In this document: one piece after another, positions 1 through 23,467 of the stretch
How positions within the stretch are numbered: the stretch's first letter is position 1
Layout: each line of letters begins with the position of its first letter
NCBI GenBank assembly: GCA_012295275.1
Contig: CM022673.1
Span: 1-64,000, forward strand
Source: Chrysomallon squamiferum
Lineage: Eukaryota; Animalia; Mollusca
Direction of reading: 5' to 3'
DNA: 64,000 bases
The notes under the pieces: generated by a model
Told to the model about the DNA's origin: nothing
The model's database searches: none
Seen by the model: only the letters and a program-made list of their open reading frames with translations
Program-made: the position numbers and the translations under genes

Positions 1-3000
1 AAAATTCGATTTTCAAAATTGAAAATCCGTGTGGCACTATTCCGTGCGGTCGGGAAAAATATTTCAACGTGTGCAAAAGGTGCGCGCCGTCGGGGCGAGT
101 GTGGCAAAAACGTTTCCAACATTTACCAAAGGTGCTGCACCTTTTGAAAATGCGTTTGAAAAAAAAAAACGAGCAAATTTTCAAAAAAATATGTGCGTTT
201 TTTTGTGCACGTGTCGGAAACGAGTTGTTCCCCTTGGGTGGCGCGTGCGGCACTTTTCGCCCGAGTAGGGCAACCCTTGACCCACTTTTGGGTATGTGCG
301 CCCGATTTTTCCCACGTGCGCAGAAAAAGTTATTGCACTTTGAAAATGGTACCCCTAGCATTTTCAACGGAACTTGAAAAAATTCGATTTTCAAAATTGA
401 AAATCCGTGTGGCACTATTCCGTGCGGTCGGGAAAAATATTTCAACGTGTGCAAAGGTGCAAAGGTGCGCGCCGTCGGGGCGAGTGTGGCAAAAACGTTT
501 CCAACATTTACCAAAGGTGCTGCACCTTTTGAAAATGCGTTTGAAAAAAAAAAACGAGCAAATTTTCAAAAATATGTGCGTTTTTTGTGCACGTGTCGGA
601 AACGAGTTGTTCCCCTTGGGTGGCGCGTGCGGCACTTTTCGCCCGAGTAGGGCAACCCTTGCCCCACTTTTGGGTATGTGCGCCCGATTTTTCCCACGTG
701 CGCAGAAAAAGTTATTGCACTTTGAAAAATGGTACCCCTAGCATTTTCAACGGAACTTGAAAAAATTCGATTTTCAAAATTGAAAATCCGTGTGGCACTA
801 TTCCGTGCGGTCGGGAAAAATATTTCAACGTGTGCAAAAGGTGCGCGCCGTCGGGGCGAGTGTGGCAAAAACGTTTCCAACATTTACCAAAGGTGCTGCA
901 CCTTTTGAAAATGCGTTTGAAAAAAAAACGAGCAAATTTTCAAAAATATGTGCGTTTTTTGTGCACGTGTCGGAAACGAGTTGTTCCCCTTGGGTGGCGC
1001 GTGCGGCACTTTTCGCCCGAGTAGGGCAACCCTTGCCCCACTTTTGGGTATGTGCGCCCGATTTTTCCCACGTGCGCAGAAAAAGTTATTGCACTTTGAA
1101 AATGGTACCCCTAGCATTTTCAACGGAACTTGAAAAAATTCGATTTTCAAAAATTGAAAATCCGTGTGGCACTATTCCGTGCGGTCGGGAAAAATATTTC
1201 AACGTGTGCAAAAGGTGCGCGCCGTCGGGGCGAGTGTGGCAAAAACGTTTCCAACATTTACCAAAGGTGCTGCACCTTTTGAAAATGCGTTTGAAAAAAA
1301 AAACGAGCAAATTTTCAAAAATATGTGCGTTTTTTGTGCACGTGTCGGAAACGAGTTGTTCCCCTTGGGTGGCGCGTGCGGCACTTTTCACCCAGGGGGG
1401 GCAACCCCTTACTTTTGGGTATGTGCGCCCGATTTTTCCCACGTGCGCAGAAAAAGTTATTGCACTTTGAAAATGGTACCCCTAGCATTTTCAACGGAAC
1501 TTGAAAAAATTCGATTTTCAAAAATTGAAAATCCGTGTGGCACTATTCCGTGCGGTCGGGAAAAATATTTCAACGTGTGCAAAAGGTGCGCGCCGTCGGG
1601 GCGAGTGTGGCAAAAACGTTTCCAACATTTACCAAAGGTGCTGCACCTTTTGAAAATGCGTTTGAAAAAAAAACGAGCAAATTTTCAAAAATATGTGCGT
1701 TTTTTGTGCACGTGTCGGAAACGAGTTGTTCCCCTTGGGTGGCGCGTGCGGCACTTTTCGCCCGAGTAGGGCAACCCTTGCCCCACTTTTGGGTATGTGC
1801 GCCCGATTTTTCCCACGTGCGCAGAAAAAGTTATTGCACTTTGAAAATGGTACCCTAGCATTTTCAACGGAACTTGAAAAAATTCGATTTTCAAAATTGA
1901 AAATCCGTGTGGCACTATTCCGTGCGGTCGGGAAAAATATTTCAACGTGTGCAAAAGGTGCGCGCCGTCGGGGCGAGTGTGGCAAAAACGTTTCCAACAT
2001 TTACCAAAGGTGCTGCACCTTTTGAAAATGCGTTTGAAAAAAAAACGAGCAAATTTTCAAAAATATGTGCGTTTTTTGTGCACGTGTCGGAAACGAGTTG
2101 TTCCCCTTGGGTGGCGCGTGCGGCACTTTTCGCCCGAGTAGGGCAACCCTTGCCCCACTTTTGGGTATGTGCGCCCGATTTTTCCCACGTGCGCAGAAAA
2201 AGTTATTGCACTTTGAAAATGGTACCCCTAGCATTTTCAACGGAACTTGAAAAAATTCGATTTTCAAAAATTGAAAATCCGTGTGGCACTATTCCGTGCG
2301 GTCGGGAAAAATATTTCAACGTGTGCAAAAGGTGCGCGCCGTCGGGGCGAGTGTGGCAAAAACGTTTCCAACATTTACCAAAGGTGCTGCACCTTTTGAA
2401 AATGCGTTTGAAAAAAAAACGAGCAAATTTTCAAAAATATGTGCGTTTTTTGTGCACGTGTCGGAAACGAGTTGTTCCCCTTGGGTGGCGCGTGCGGCAC
2501 TTTTCGCCCGAGTAGGGCAACCCTTGCCCCATTTTTGGGTATGTGCGCCCGATTTTTCCCACGTGCGCAGAAAAAGTTATTGCACTTTGAAAATGGTACC
2601 CCTAGCATTTTCAACGGAACTTGAAAAAATTCGATTTTCAAAAATTGAAAATCCGTGTGGCACTATTCCGTGCGGTCGGGAAAAATATTTCAACGTGTGC
2701 AAAAGGTGCGCGCCGTCGGGGCGAGTGTGGCAAAAACGTTTCCAACATTTACCAAAGGTGCTGCACCTTTTGAAAATGCGTTTGAAAAAAAAAAACGAGC
2801 AAATTTTCAAAAATATGTGCGTTTTTTGTGCACGTGTCGGAAACGAGTTGTTCCCCTTGGGTGGCGCGTGCGGCACTTTTCGCCCGAGTAGGGCAACCCT
2901 TGCCCCACTTTTGGGTATGTGCGCCCGATTTTTCCCACGTGCGCAGAAAAAGTTATTGCACTTTGAAAATGGTACCCCTAGCATTTTCAACGGAACTTGA

Positions 3001-5254
3001 AAAAATTCGATTTTCAAAAATTGAAAATCCGTGTGGCACTATTCCGTGCGGTCGGGAAAAATATTTCAACGTGTGCAAAAGGTGCGCGCCGTCGGGGCGA
3101 GTGTGGCAAAAACGTTTCCAACATTTACCAAAGGTGCTGCACCTTTTGAAAATGCGTTTGAAAAAAAAACGAGCAAATTTTCAAAAATATGTGCGTTTTT
3201 TGTGCACGTGTCGGAAACGAGTTGTTCCCCTTGGGTGGCGCGTGCGGCACTTTTCGCCCAGTAGGGCAACCAACCCTTACTTTTGGGTATGTGCGCCCGA
3301 TTTTTCCACGTGCGCAGAAAAAGTTATTGCACTTTGAAAATGGTACCCCTAGCATTTTCAACGGAACTTGAAAAATTCGATTTTCAAAATTGAAAATCCG
3401 TGTGGCACTATTCCGTGCGGTCGGGAAAAATATTTCAACGTGTGCAAAAGGTGCGCGCCGTCGGGGCGAGTGTGGCAAAAACGTTTCCAACATTTACCAA
3501 AGGTGCTGCACCTTTTGAAAATGCGTTTGAAAAAAAAACGAGCAAATTTTCAAAAATATGTGCGTTTTTTGTGCACGTGTCGGAAACGAGTTGTTCCCCT
3601 TGGGTGGCGCGTGCGGCACTTTTCGCCCGAGTAGGGCAACCCCTTACTTTTGGGTATGTGCGCCCGATTTTTCCCACGTGCGCAGAAAAAGTTATTGCAC
3701 TTTGAAAATGGTACCCCTAGCATTTTCAACGGAACTTGAAAAAATTCGATTTTCAAAATTGAAAATCCGTGTGGCACTATTCCGTGCGGTCGGGAAAAAT
3801 ATTTCAACGTGTGCAAAAGGTGCGCGCCGTCGGGGCGAGTGTGGCAAAAACGTTTCCAACATTTACCAAAGGTGCTGCACCTTTTGAAAATGCGTGAAAA
3901 AAAAAAAACGAGCAAATTTTCAAAAAAATATGTGCGTTTTTTTGTGTGACACGTGTCGGAAACGAGTTGTTCCCCTTGGGTGGCGCGTGCGGCACTTTTT
4001 CGCCCAGTAGGGCAACCCCCCCCTTACTTTTGGGTATGTGCGCCCGATTTTTCCACGTGCGCAGAAAAAGTTATTGCACTTTGAAAATGGTACCCCTAGC
4101 ATTTTCAACGGAACTTGAAAAATTCGATTTTCAAAATTGAAAATCCGTGTGGCACTATTCCGTGCGGTCGGGAAAAATATTTCAACGTGTGCAAAAGGTG
4201 CGCGCCGTCGGGGCGAGTGTGGCAAAAACGTTTCCAACATTTACCAAAGGTGCTGCACCTTTTGAAAATGCGTTTGAAAAAAAAACGAGCAAATTTTCAA
4301 AAATATGTGCGTTTTTTGTGCACGTGTCGGAAACGAGTTGTTCCCCTTGGGTGGCGCGTGCGGCACTTTTCGCCCGAGTAGGGCAACCCTTGCCCCACTT
4401 TTGGGTATGTGCGCCCGATTTTTCCCACGTGCGCAGAAAAAGTTATTGCACTTTGAAAATGGTACCCCTAGCATTTTCAACGGAACTTGAAAAAATTCGA
4501 TTTTCAAAATTGAAAATCCGTGTGGCACTATTCCGTGCGGTCGGGAAAAATATTTCAACGTGTGCAAAAGGTGCGCGCCGTCGGGGCGAGTGTGGCAAAA
4601 ACGTTTCCAACATTTACCAAAGGTGCTGCACCTTTTGAAAATGCGTTTGAAAAAAAAAACGAGCAAATTTTCAAAAATATGTGCGTTTTTTGTGCACGTG
4701 TCGGAAACGAGTTGTTCCCCTTGGGTGGCGCGTGCGGCACTTTTCGCCCGAGTAGGGCAACCCTTGCCCCACTTTTGGGTATGTGCGCCCGATTTTTCCC
4801 ACGTGCGCAGAAAAAGTTATTGCACTTTGAAAATGGTACCCCTAGCATTTTCAACGGAACTTGAAAAAATTCGATTTTCAAAATTGAAAATCCGTGTGGC
4901 ACTATTCCGTGCGGTCGGGAAAAATATTTCAACGTGTGCAAAAGGTGCGCGCCGTCGGGGCGAGTGTGGCAAAAACGTTTCCAACATTTACCAAAGGTGC
5001 TGCACCTTTTGAAAATGCGTTTGAAAAAAAAAACGAGCAAATTTTCAAAAATATGTGCGTTTTTTGTGCACGTGTCGGAAACGAGTTGTTCCCCTTGGGT
5101 GGCGCGTGCGGCACTTTTCGCCCGAGTAGGGCAACCCTTGCCCCACTTTTGGGTATGTGCGCCCGATTTTTCCCACGTGCGCAGAAAAAGTTATTGCACT
5201 TTGAAAAAGGTACCCCTAGCATTTTCAACGAAACTTGAAAAAATTCGATTTTTT
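1..5254. repeat. Tandem satellite DNA array, ~374-bp monomer, ~14 copies, continuing beyond the window start
   Basis: The motif gtgtggcactattccgtgcggtcggg recurs at about 29, 407, 790, 1164, 1535, 1907, 2281, 2655, 3031, 3400, 3769, 4147, 4520 and 4894. Monomers are near-identical apart from homopolymer lengths. The array stops at about 5254 against an AGT-rich microsatellite. Confidence 0.98.
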
Positions 5255-5410
5255 ATAGTAGTAACAATGATAGTTTGGTAGTAATAGTCGTTGTAATAGT
5301 AGTGGTAGTAATAAACGTAGGAATGGTAGAGTTAGTAATAGTGGAAATAGTAGTAATAGTAGTAGTAGGAGGAGGAGGAGGTAGAGGATGAGGAGTAGGG
5401 GGAGTAATAG
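5255..5410. repeat. Degenerate (AGT)n/(AGG)n microsatellite at the satellite junction
   Basis: Imperfect trinucleotide runs (agtagtaat, aggaggagg) are directly visible. Confidence 0.8.
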
Positions 5411-5964
5411 AATTGATGATGTTATCGATGATGTGACTCTTTTTCTTTGTTCTTCCTCTTCTGTATCAGGTAAATGAAATCCAGTTCTTTTTTTTTGTTA
5501 TAGGTTTATTATTATTATTATTATTTATTTGGTTTTTGGTTGTTGTTGTTGTTGTTTATTTTTTTTTTTTTTTTATTTTTATTTTTTTTTTTTTTTTTTT
5601 GTTATTGTTGTTGTTGTACTAAAGGTAAAAACTAATTTGTTTTCACAATTATTCACTGACTTATTCTTCTTCACAATATCGGTAACAAAGAATCTTTATT
5701 TACATTTTTGTACCGGTTATGACGAAAGCATGGCTGCCTCTGGCAATGTGGAAAGACGAATCTGGTGAATTTGACAAATCTGACAAACGAAAGTGGGTTT
5801 GTTCAGTTTGATATAACCCTTTCTTTTCAATATCTGCATTAGCATTAAGATAAAACATCTTAGATAAACGTTGACTGAAATCTCTACTAATAAGGGGTAG
5901 ACTACTTCTTCTTCTTCTTCTTTTTTTCCTTTTTCGTCGTCTTTTTCTGCTTCTTCTTCTTATT

Positions 5965-6015
<51 letters not shown>

Positions 6016-6306
6016 GTTGTCATTATTATTATTATTATTTAATAATACATATATATTTTTTCTTACAATCCAATAATTACACAGTTTTATACATTGCAGT
6101 TACATACAGAGAATATTTATAATATGAAACAACTGTAATTGTAATTATATCCGTTCATTCATAAAGTTCAGATGTTAAACCACAAACAAGCTTTTTTCAG
6201 TTGTAAATACATTCAGTGGTTATTTTAAAACAAATGCTAAAAATCGAGACTTAACATAATATTAAACAGAAACATGGCCATTATTTCCTTTTTAGAACGA
6301 TATAGT

Positions 6307-18148
<11,842 letters not shown>

Positions 18149-19620
18149 TGTCGTGGTTAGCTTTCGTGTAAGTGAATAAAACCTTTACTGTTCAAACGTC
18201 TATATTACCCGCCAGTCTCTTTCTCGCTGTCTGTATGTCTGTATATCCACCTAGTTTTGTCTCAGTCTGTCTATCTGATTTCTTTTTTCTTTCTGACTAT
18301 TTCGATATTATGTTTTTGTGTATATGAGTTTGTGAAAGTATAAAATTATCTGGCAATGGCGGCTGTTAAAGTAATAGTGTTTTATTATTATTTCATAGAT
18401 GTTACGTACCAAAGATATTATTCAAACGACCGTTCTGCCTTGTAAGACATAACTAGGTTGTTGCCCTAGTCTTTTGATTAGTCTGCAATGGTTAAATACA
18501 AGTATTTATATCAGGTGTCACTGTTTATAAAGGCAGCTCGTGGGAACTGAGCACGAAACATATCAACTTTATGTTCAGAACTTTCTTGTATTAGAGAAAG
18601 AATATTGTTCAAAACTGTGTTATTGGAGTTGTCGATGTTGTTGTCCATGTTTTTATTACTGATATTGTTGTTGAACTAAGTAGCTGATAATGCGTTGGTC
18701 ATACAAGTTCTGTCATTTTGATATTTGTCTCACAAGTAATTAAACTGAAGATAAATGCTTGAGTACGTATGTGAAAATAATGATATAAAAAAAAACCCAC
18801 AATTAAACAATGTAGAATACGTTGTGAATTTTGGTTATTGTTATTTTTATTCTTTGATTGCAAAATTAACTATATAAATGTTACAGTAAAGAAACTAAGA
18901 TGGAAAGACAGACAGGAGCAATACAGAGAAGAGAAAAAAGAAACAGATAATTTTAACTCCTATTGCTGTTGTTTTTGCTGAAGTTATTATGTTTGTTGTT
19001 ATTTATTATTATTTTATTAATTTATTTTTTATTTTAATTTTTTTGTTTTTTGTTTCTTTGTTGTTGGTTTTTGTTTTGATATTTTTATGTTGTTTTTGTG
19101 TTTTTGTTTTGTTCGTGTGGTTATTTTTTTTTTTTTTGTTCGTTTTTATTATTAGTTCTTTTCTTGTTGTTGTTGTTGTTGTTTGTTCTGGTTTGTTTCT
19201 GTTGTTTGTTGTTGTTTGTAGGTGGGTTTTTTTTCTTACTGCTTTTTCTCTTTTTGTGGGCAGGGAGACTTAATTTTGTTTTGTATATTAATTTATTTAT
19301 TTAGCTTTGAAGTGAAAAAGATCAGTACATCCTGACGCCGACAACTCGAACTAGAACAGATCCAAACAACACAAATCACACTGGGATTTTTTCTAACTGT
19401 TCTCTTACTTATTTTAACAACTACTCACAAAACAGGGTTACTTCCCTCTTTAATCCACACCTTTATCGGTGAAACTTTGTTACAACAACCGTTTCTCAAT
19501 TTCACTATAACTGGTTTCCCTATAATTGATATATGGACCAGTACAATGATTCGTTATTTATTATTAGTTTTATTTATCAGTCTATCTTTATCTATCTTTT
19601 TTTCTATCTATTTATTTATC
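18149..19620 (-). promoter_or_regulatory. Duplicated upstream region of copy A, homologous to ~33630-35340 upstream of copy B
   Basis: Blocks are shared in the same order, e.g. gttaaagtaatagtgttttattatt, aagacataactaggttgttgccctagtcttttga, aatacaagtatttatatcaggtgtcactgtttataaa and gtcgatgttgttgtccatgtttt. Confidence 0.7.
19320..19424 (+). pseudogene. Inverted, degenerate fragment of the protease Met-turn exon
   Basis: On the + strand it reads DQYILTPTTRTRTDPNNTNH..FSNCSLTYFNNY. This matches the minus-strand exons 47532-47362 and 24805-24636 (DQYIMAATTQSRTDPNNTNHWTFSNCSVTYFNNY). Confidence 0.9.
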
Positions 19621-20132
19621 TGCCTGTGTGTGTGTGTGTGTGTGTGTGAAAGTGTGTGTGTATGTGTGTGTGTGTGTGTGTGTGTTTGTCTTAAGTTTCG
19701 GTTAAATTCTGAATGCTGTTCGAAATATATAATGAAAACATGAAAGTTATCTATTCCATAGCTTCACAGTATTTATTATCAAAATATTAAAAAATTTATA
19801 TATATGCATGAGCAAAGCTGTTTCACAAACAAGTTATACAAAGAAATAAAGAAGAAAAAGAAAAAGCAATAAAGAAGAAAAAGAAAAAGCAATAAAGAAG
19901 AAAAAGAAAAAGCAATAAAGAAAATGAAATTTAAACTATAAAATGAAAGCATTGTAGTGTTTGGTATTGATCGTAAATCCATAACAACTGCAAATGTCCC
20001 TGTGTAAAACACACCAAAAGTTATTTACATCGATCACAATGGCGAGAATTACGTTAATATCCTGGCTTCAGTCTGAACAAAGCGTGTTGAGTTCGGCCTG
20101 CAGACTGACAGTGAGTCGTCTTCTGCGCTTAG

Positions 20133-20408
20133 CTGGCGGGTTCCACGGCGATCACTGAGAAAGGCCGTCGTAACAGTCGTTTCATCTTTCCCGCTGACTC
20201 TCCTTATAGTGGGTTCGGCGTGGCCAACGCGTTTCAGGAAGCCATCTTTCCACACTACGCAAATGTTGTTGTTTCTAGATCCTACAACCAGGGTGATGTC
20301 ATGGATGTTCCAGATGTAAAACTCATAGGTCGGTGGTATCCGGCGCACATGAATAGAGGGTCGATGCAACGATATCCACCAGACACACAATACGTAAAGT
20401 CGAAGTAA
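20133..20408 (+). other. GC-rich coding-like orphan segment (possible terminal exon or retro-fragment)
   Basis: A pyrimidine-rich ...cttag precedes a 91-codon open frame (LAGSTAITEKGRRNSRFIFPADSPYSGFGVANAFQEAIFPHYANV...GRWYPAHM...KSK*). AATAAA plus an A-run follows at ~20461. The composition differs from the flanks. Confidence 0.35.
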
Positions 20409-23289
20409 TCAGTAAGTGATACCAGTCCTTCCGGAGTGTTGTCACAAAGCACAAAGAATCAATAAAAAAATCTGTATAAATAAATGTATTAATACTACCA
20501 GTTTTTAGAACAAAATCATTCGACATTGACCAAAGTACAGTTTATTTGATACTTGCTTGCAAAGCTGAAATACTGAAGCTGGAAACGTTGTCAATTCTGT
20601 AAAGCAAATTGCTTGTAAAGTAAAAATATTGAAGCTAAAAACGTTGTCCGTCCTACAGAATAACTTGCTTGTAAAGTAGAAGCCCCATTTTTCTTGCAGG
20701 ACATGCAGCAGAAAGATTTCTCCACTAAACAGCCGATCCATCGCGAAATAGCCCGATCACAAATCCATGGATTTCTATCGCCATGCTTACAACCTGTACA
20801 AAAATACATCAATATTGAATTGTTTACCCTTGTATGTGTGCGCGCGATTGTTGTGGAAGACATAAACAATAACCAAATTAAAATTAATGTTGAAAACAAA
20901 TTAGTCCTTTGTATAAATATTCTGTAGGAATGTTTAAAGAATACGATTGAAGATATTAATTTAAATACTACTTCACAATTTAATGAAGAACTCGGTGGTC
21001 GTTTATATTTAGTTAATAATGATTCTAATCATACATGCAGCTATTATTAGTTATTCCTGTTTACTTTAAATAATGCATGCTCTAAAATTTTATTTTACCT
21101 TCAACTGAAGTTGCGACACTTGCACATTTGGCACAGCATTCTTTCTCCACTCTGCTTTCAAAGCACACAAAACTGCCTTTCATGTCGACATACTGAGAAC
21201 AGTTCAGTCCTTCAAAGTAGCCAACATCAAAACAAGGTTTATTAGTTGTTGTACTTGTGGTAAGTTCGGTTTTTGTATTCGTTGCAGTAGTTGGTTTTGT
21301 TTCTGGTGCACATGTTTTACAACAATGTATATCGTAAACAATGATCGTGTTTTGAACAGTGTAATTCTTTCCACACATTTGTTTAGAACAAGCCATTTTG
21401 TCGCCGTACAAACAATCTACAAAAAAAAAAAAAGAGTAATAGTATAAAAATATAGCAAACGTTTAATACTGTGTTCTTGTTATTGTTGTTTTGTGGGGTT
21501 TTTCTTTCTTTCTTTCTTTCTTTCCTGTTGTGTTCTTTATTTTAATTTTTTATTTTTTATTTATTTTTTTATTTTATTTATTTTTTTTTTTTGTTTTTAT
21601 ATTTTATTTTTTATATTATTTCATTTTTTTCCGTCCAGTCAGTAACTACAAATGTGTCTTCGGGTATAGGATGGACCCAGTCGCTCGAAAGTGTCTTGTG
21701 GCGTAATATATATATATAGATATAGATATATATGAGAAGGAGGCGTTAAATATCTAGGAATAGCATTATTTGATTAGTATACTGTGTTATGGGCGGAGAC
21801 ATGTCGCCTAGATTAGTTAGTGTGGATAATGTAAATTATTGTACTTTTTTATTCGTAAGACACAAGTACATTTAAAAAAAAAAAAAAAGTCAGGTAGCAA
21901 TATTCTACCTTCAGACAGATTAAACATTTTAAAACTCTGTAGCTGATTAAACAAAACACTTTTTTATTTCATAATGTGGTATTTAGTATATTTTAACTTA
22001 AAACGACAATTGTGATATCGACTATATGTCAAATTTTAAAAAAGAAGAAAAAAAACCCATTGAATGCATATTCTAATTGTTTTCTGGTCGGGATATTTTG
22101 TTTTCTTTCTTGTTTTTAATTTTATTTATTTAATTATTCATTCATTCATAATCTGTACCTAAATAGTTACCATATTACTGAATGTTAAAACAGTATGGCT
22201 TTTGTAAAATACATTCTTAATACCTGGTATTCCGGTCTTGTGAAGACCACACGAGTGACAACAACGCTTTCTGAAGACATCTTCATAGCATCGCCGTGAT
22301 CCAGCATCAGAAATATATTTTTCACACGTTTTTCCGCCATAGATATTACCTGGCTCATCTCCGAAAGGACATGTTTCTGAAAACAAATTGTTTTTATTCC
22401 TATAGATTAAAATAATTGGAAAAGATTATAGTCAACATGTTTAGGAAGATTAAAAGGATATTTGCAAAGGTTTTGTAGGTCTTTAGATAGTAATTAAGTC
22501 TTTCTTTTTTTTTTTGTTGATAACTTCGATTCATTGTTTATGTTATTATTGTTCTAGTGTTTTTGGATGTTAAACATTTGCTTACCATCAACACTAGGAG
22601 CATCCGGGGATGATACACACAGGCCATTTATACACCACTGAAAAAATATAATATTACATTTTAGTAGAAGAGAAATAGCGAGCAAGGCTGAAAGAGAAAA
22701 CAGAGAGGGATGGAGTAGAGTGTCGGAGACAAACAGAGAGACAGACAGAAAGTCCGAGAAGGAGACAAAGTCAGAGAAATAACTATTTGTTATTTTAGTT
22801 TTTAGTTTTTTTATTATTTTGTTTTGTTTTTTTGTTTTTTTGTTCTGTTGTTTTTTTATTTTTATTTTTTGTTGCTTTTTGTTGTTGTTCTTCTTTTGTT
22901 TGTTTGTTTTGTTGTTCTTGTTGCTCTTATTATTAGGGTTTTTTCAGTAATTCAGTTTAAAATATTTTTAATCCATTTTTTTTTTTTTTTTTTTCACCTT
23001 TTTATTTCCACAAGTTGTTCCTCTAGCGGCTTAATATTTATGACACAAACCATCATCTGGATTCAAACAATACGTAATGAAACACACTCTGCTGTAATCT
23101 GGATCTGGATTAAATGTAAGACCCTGAAATGATACAGAGAACACTTTTCAAGTTACAAATGTGATTGTTATTTGTATTATTTGAAGAAAAAAAAAAAGTC
23201 GCCTAAGGAAAAAAAAACCTATATAATTATAAGAGGGCAGTTCAGAAGGGGAGAGAAAAGATAGAGAGATGAACTACAGCAAAAAAAAA

Positions 23290-23467
<178 letters not shown>

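Noticed and set aside
1-5254. Possible CRISPR, 5S rDNA or snRNA array
   Set aside because: There are no variable spacers and no recognisable 5S, tRNA, snRNA or SL sequence in the monomer; the context is eukaryotic.
29-5281. Dozens of overlapping ORFs in the satellite
   Set aside because: They are products of a stop-poor tandem monomer. Frames shift with homopolymer length and no protein motif is present.
5650-5905. Non-repetitive patch between the satellite and copy A with short ORFs
   Set aside because: No convincing splice-site pair or protein similarity; probably 3' flank.
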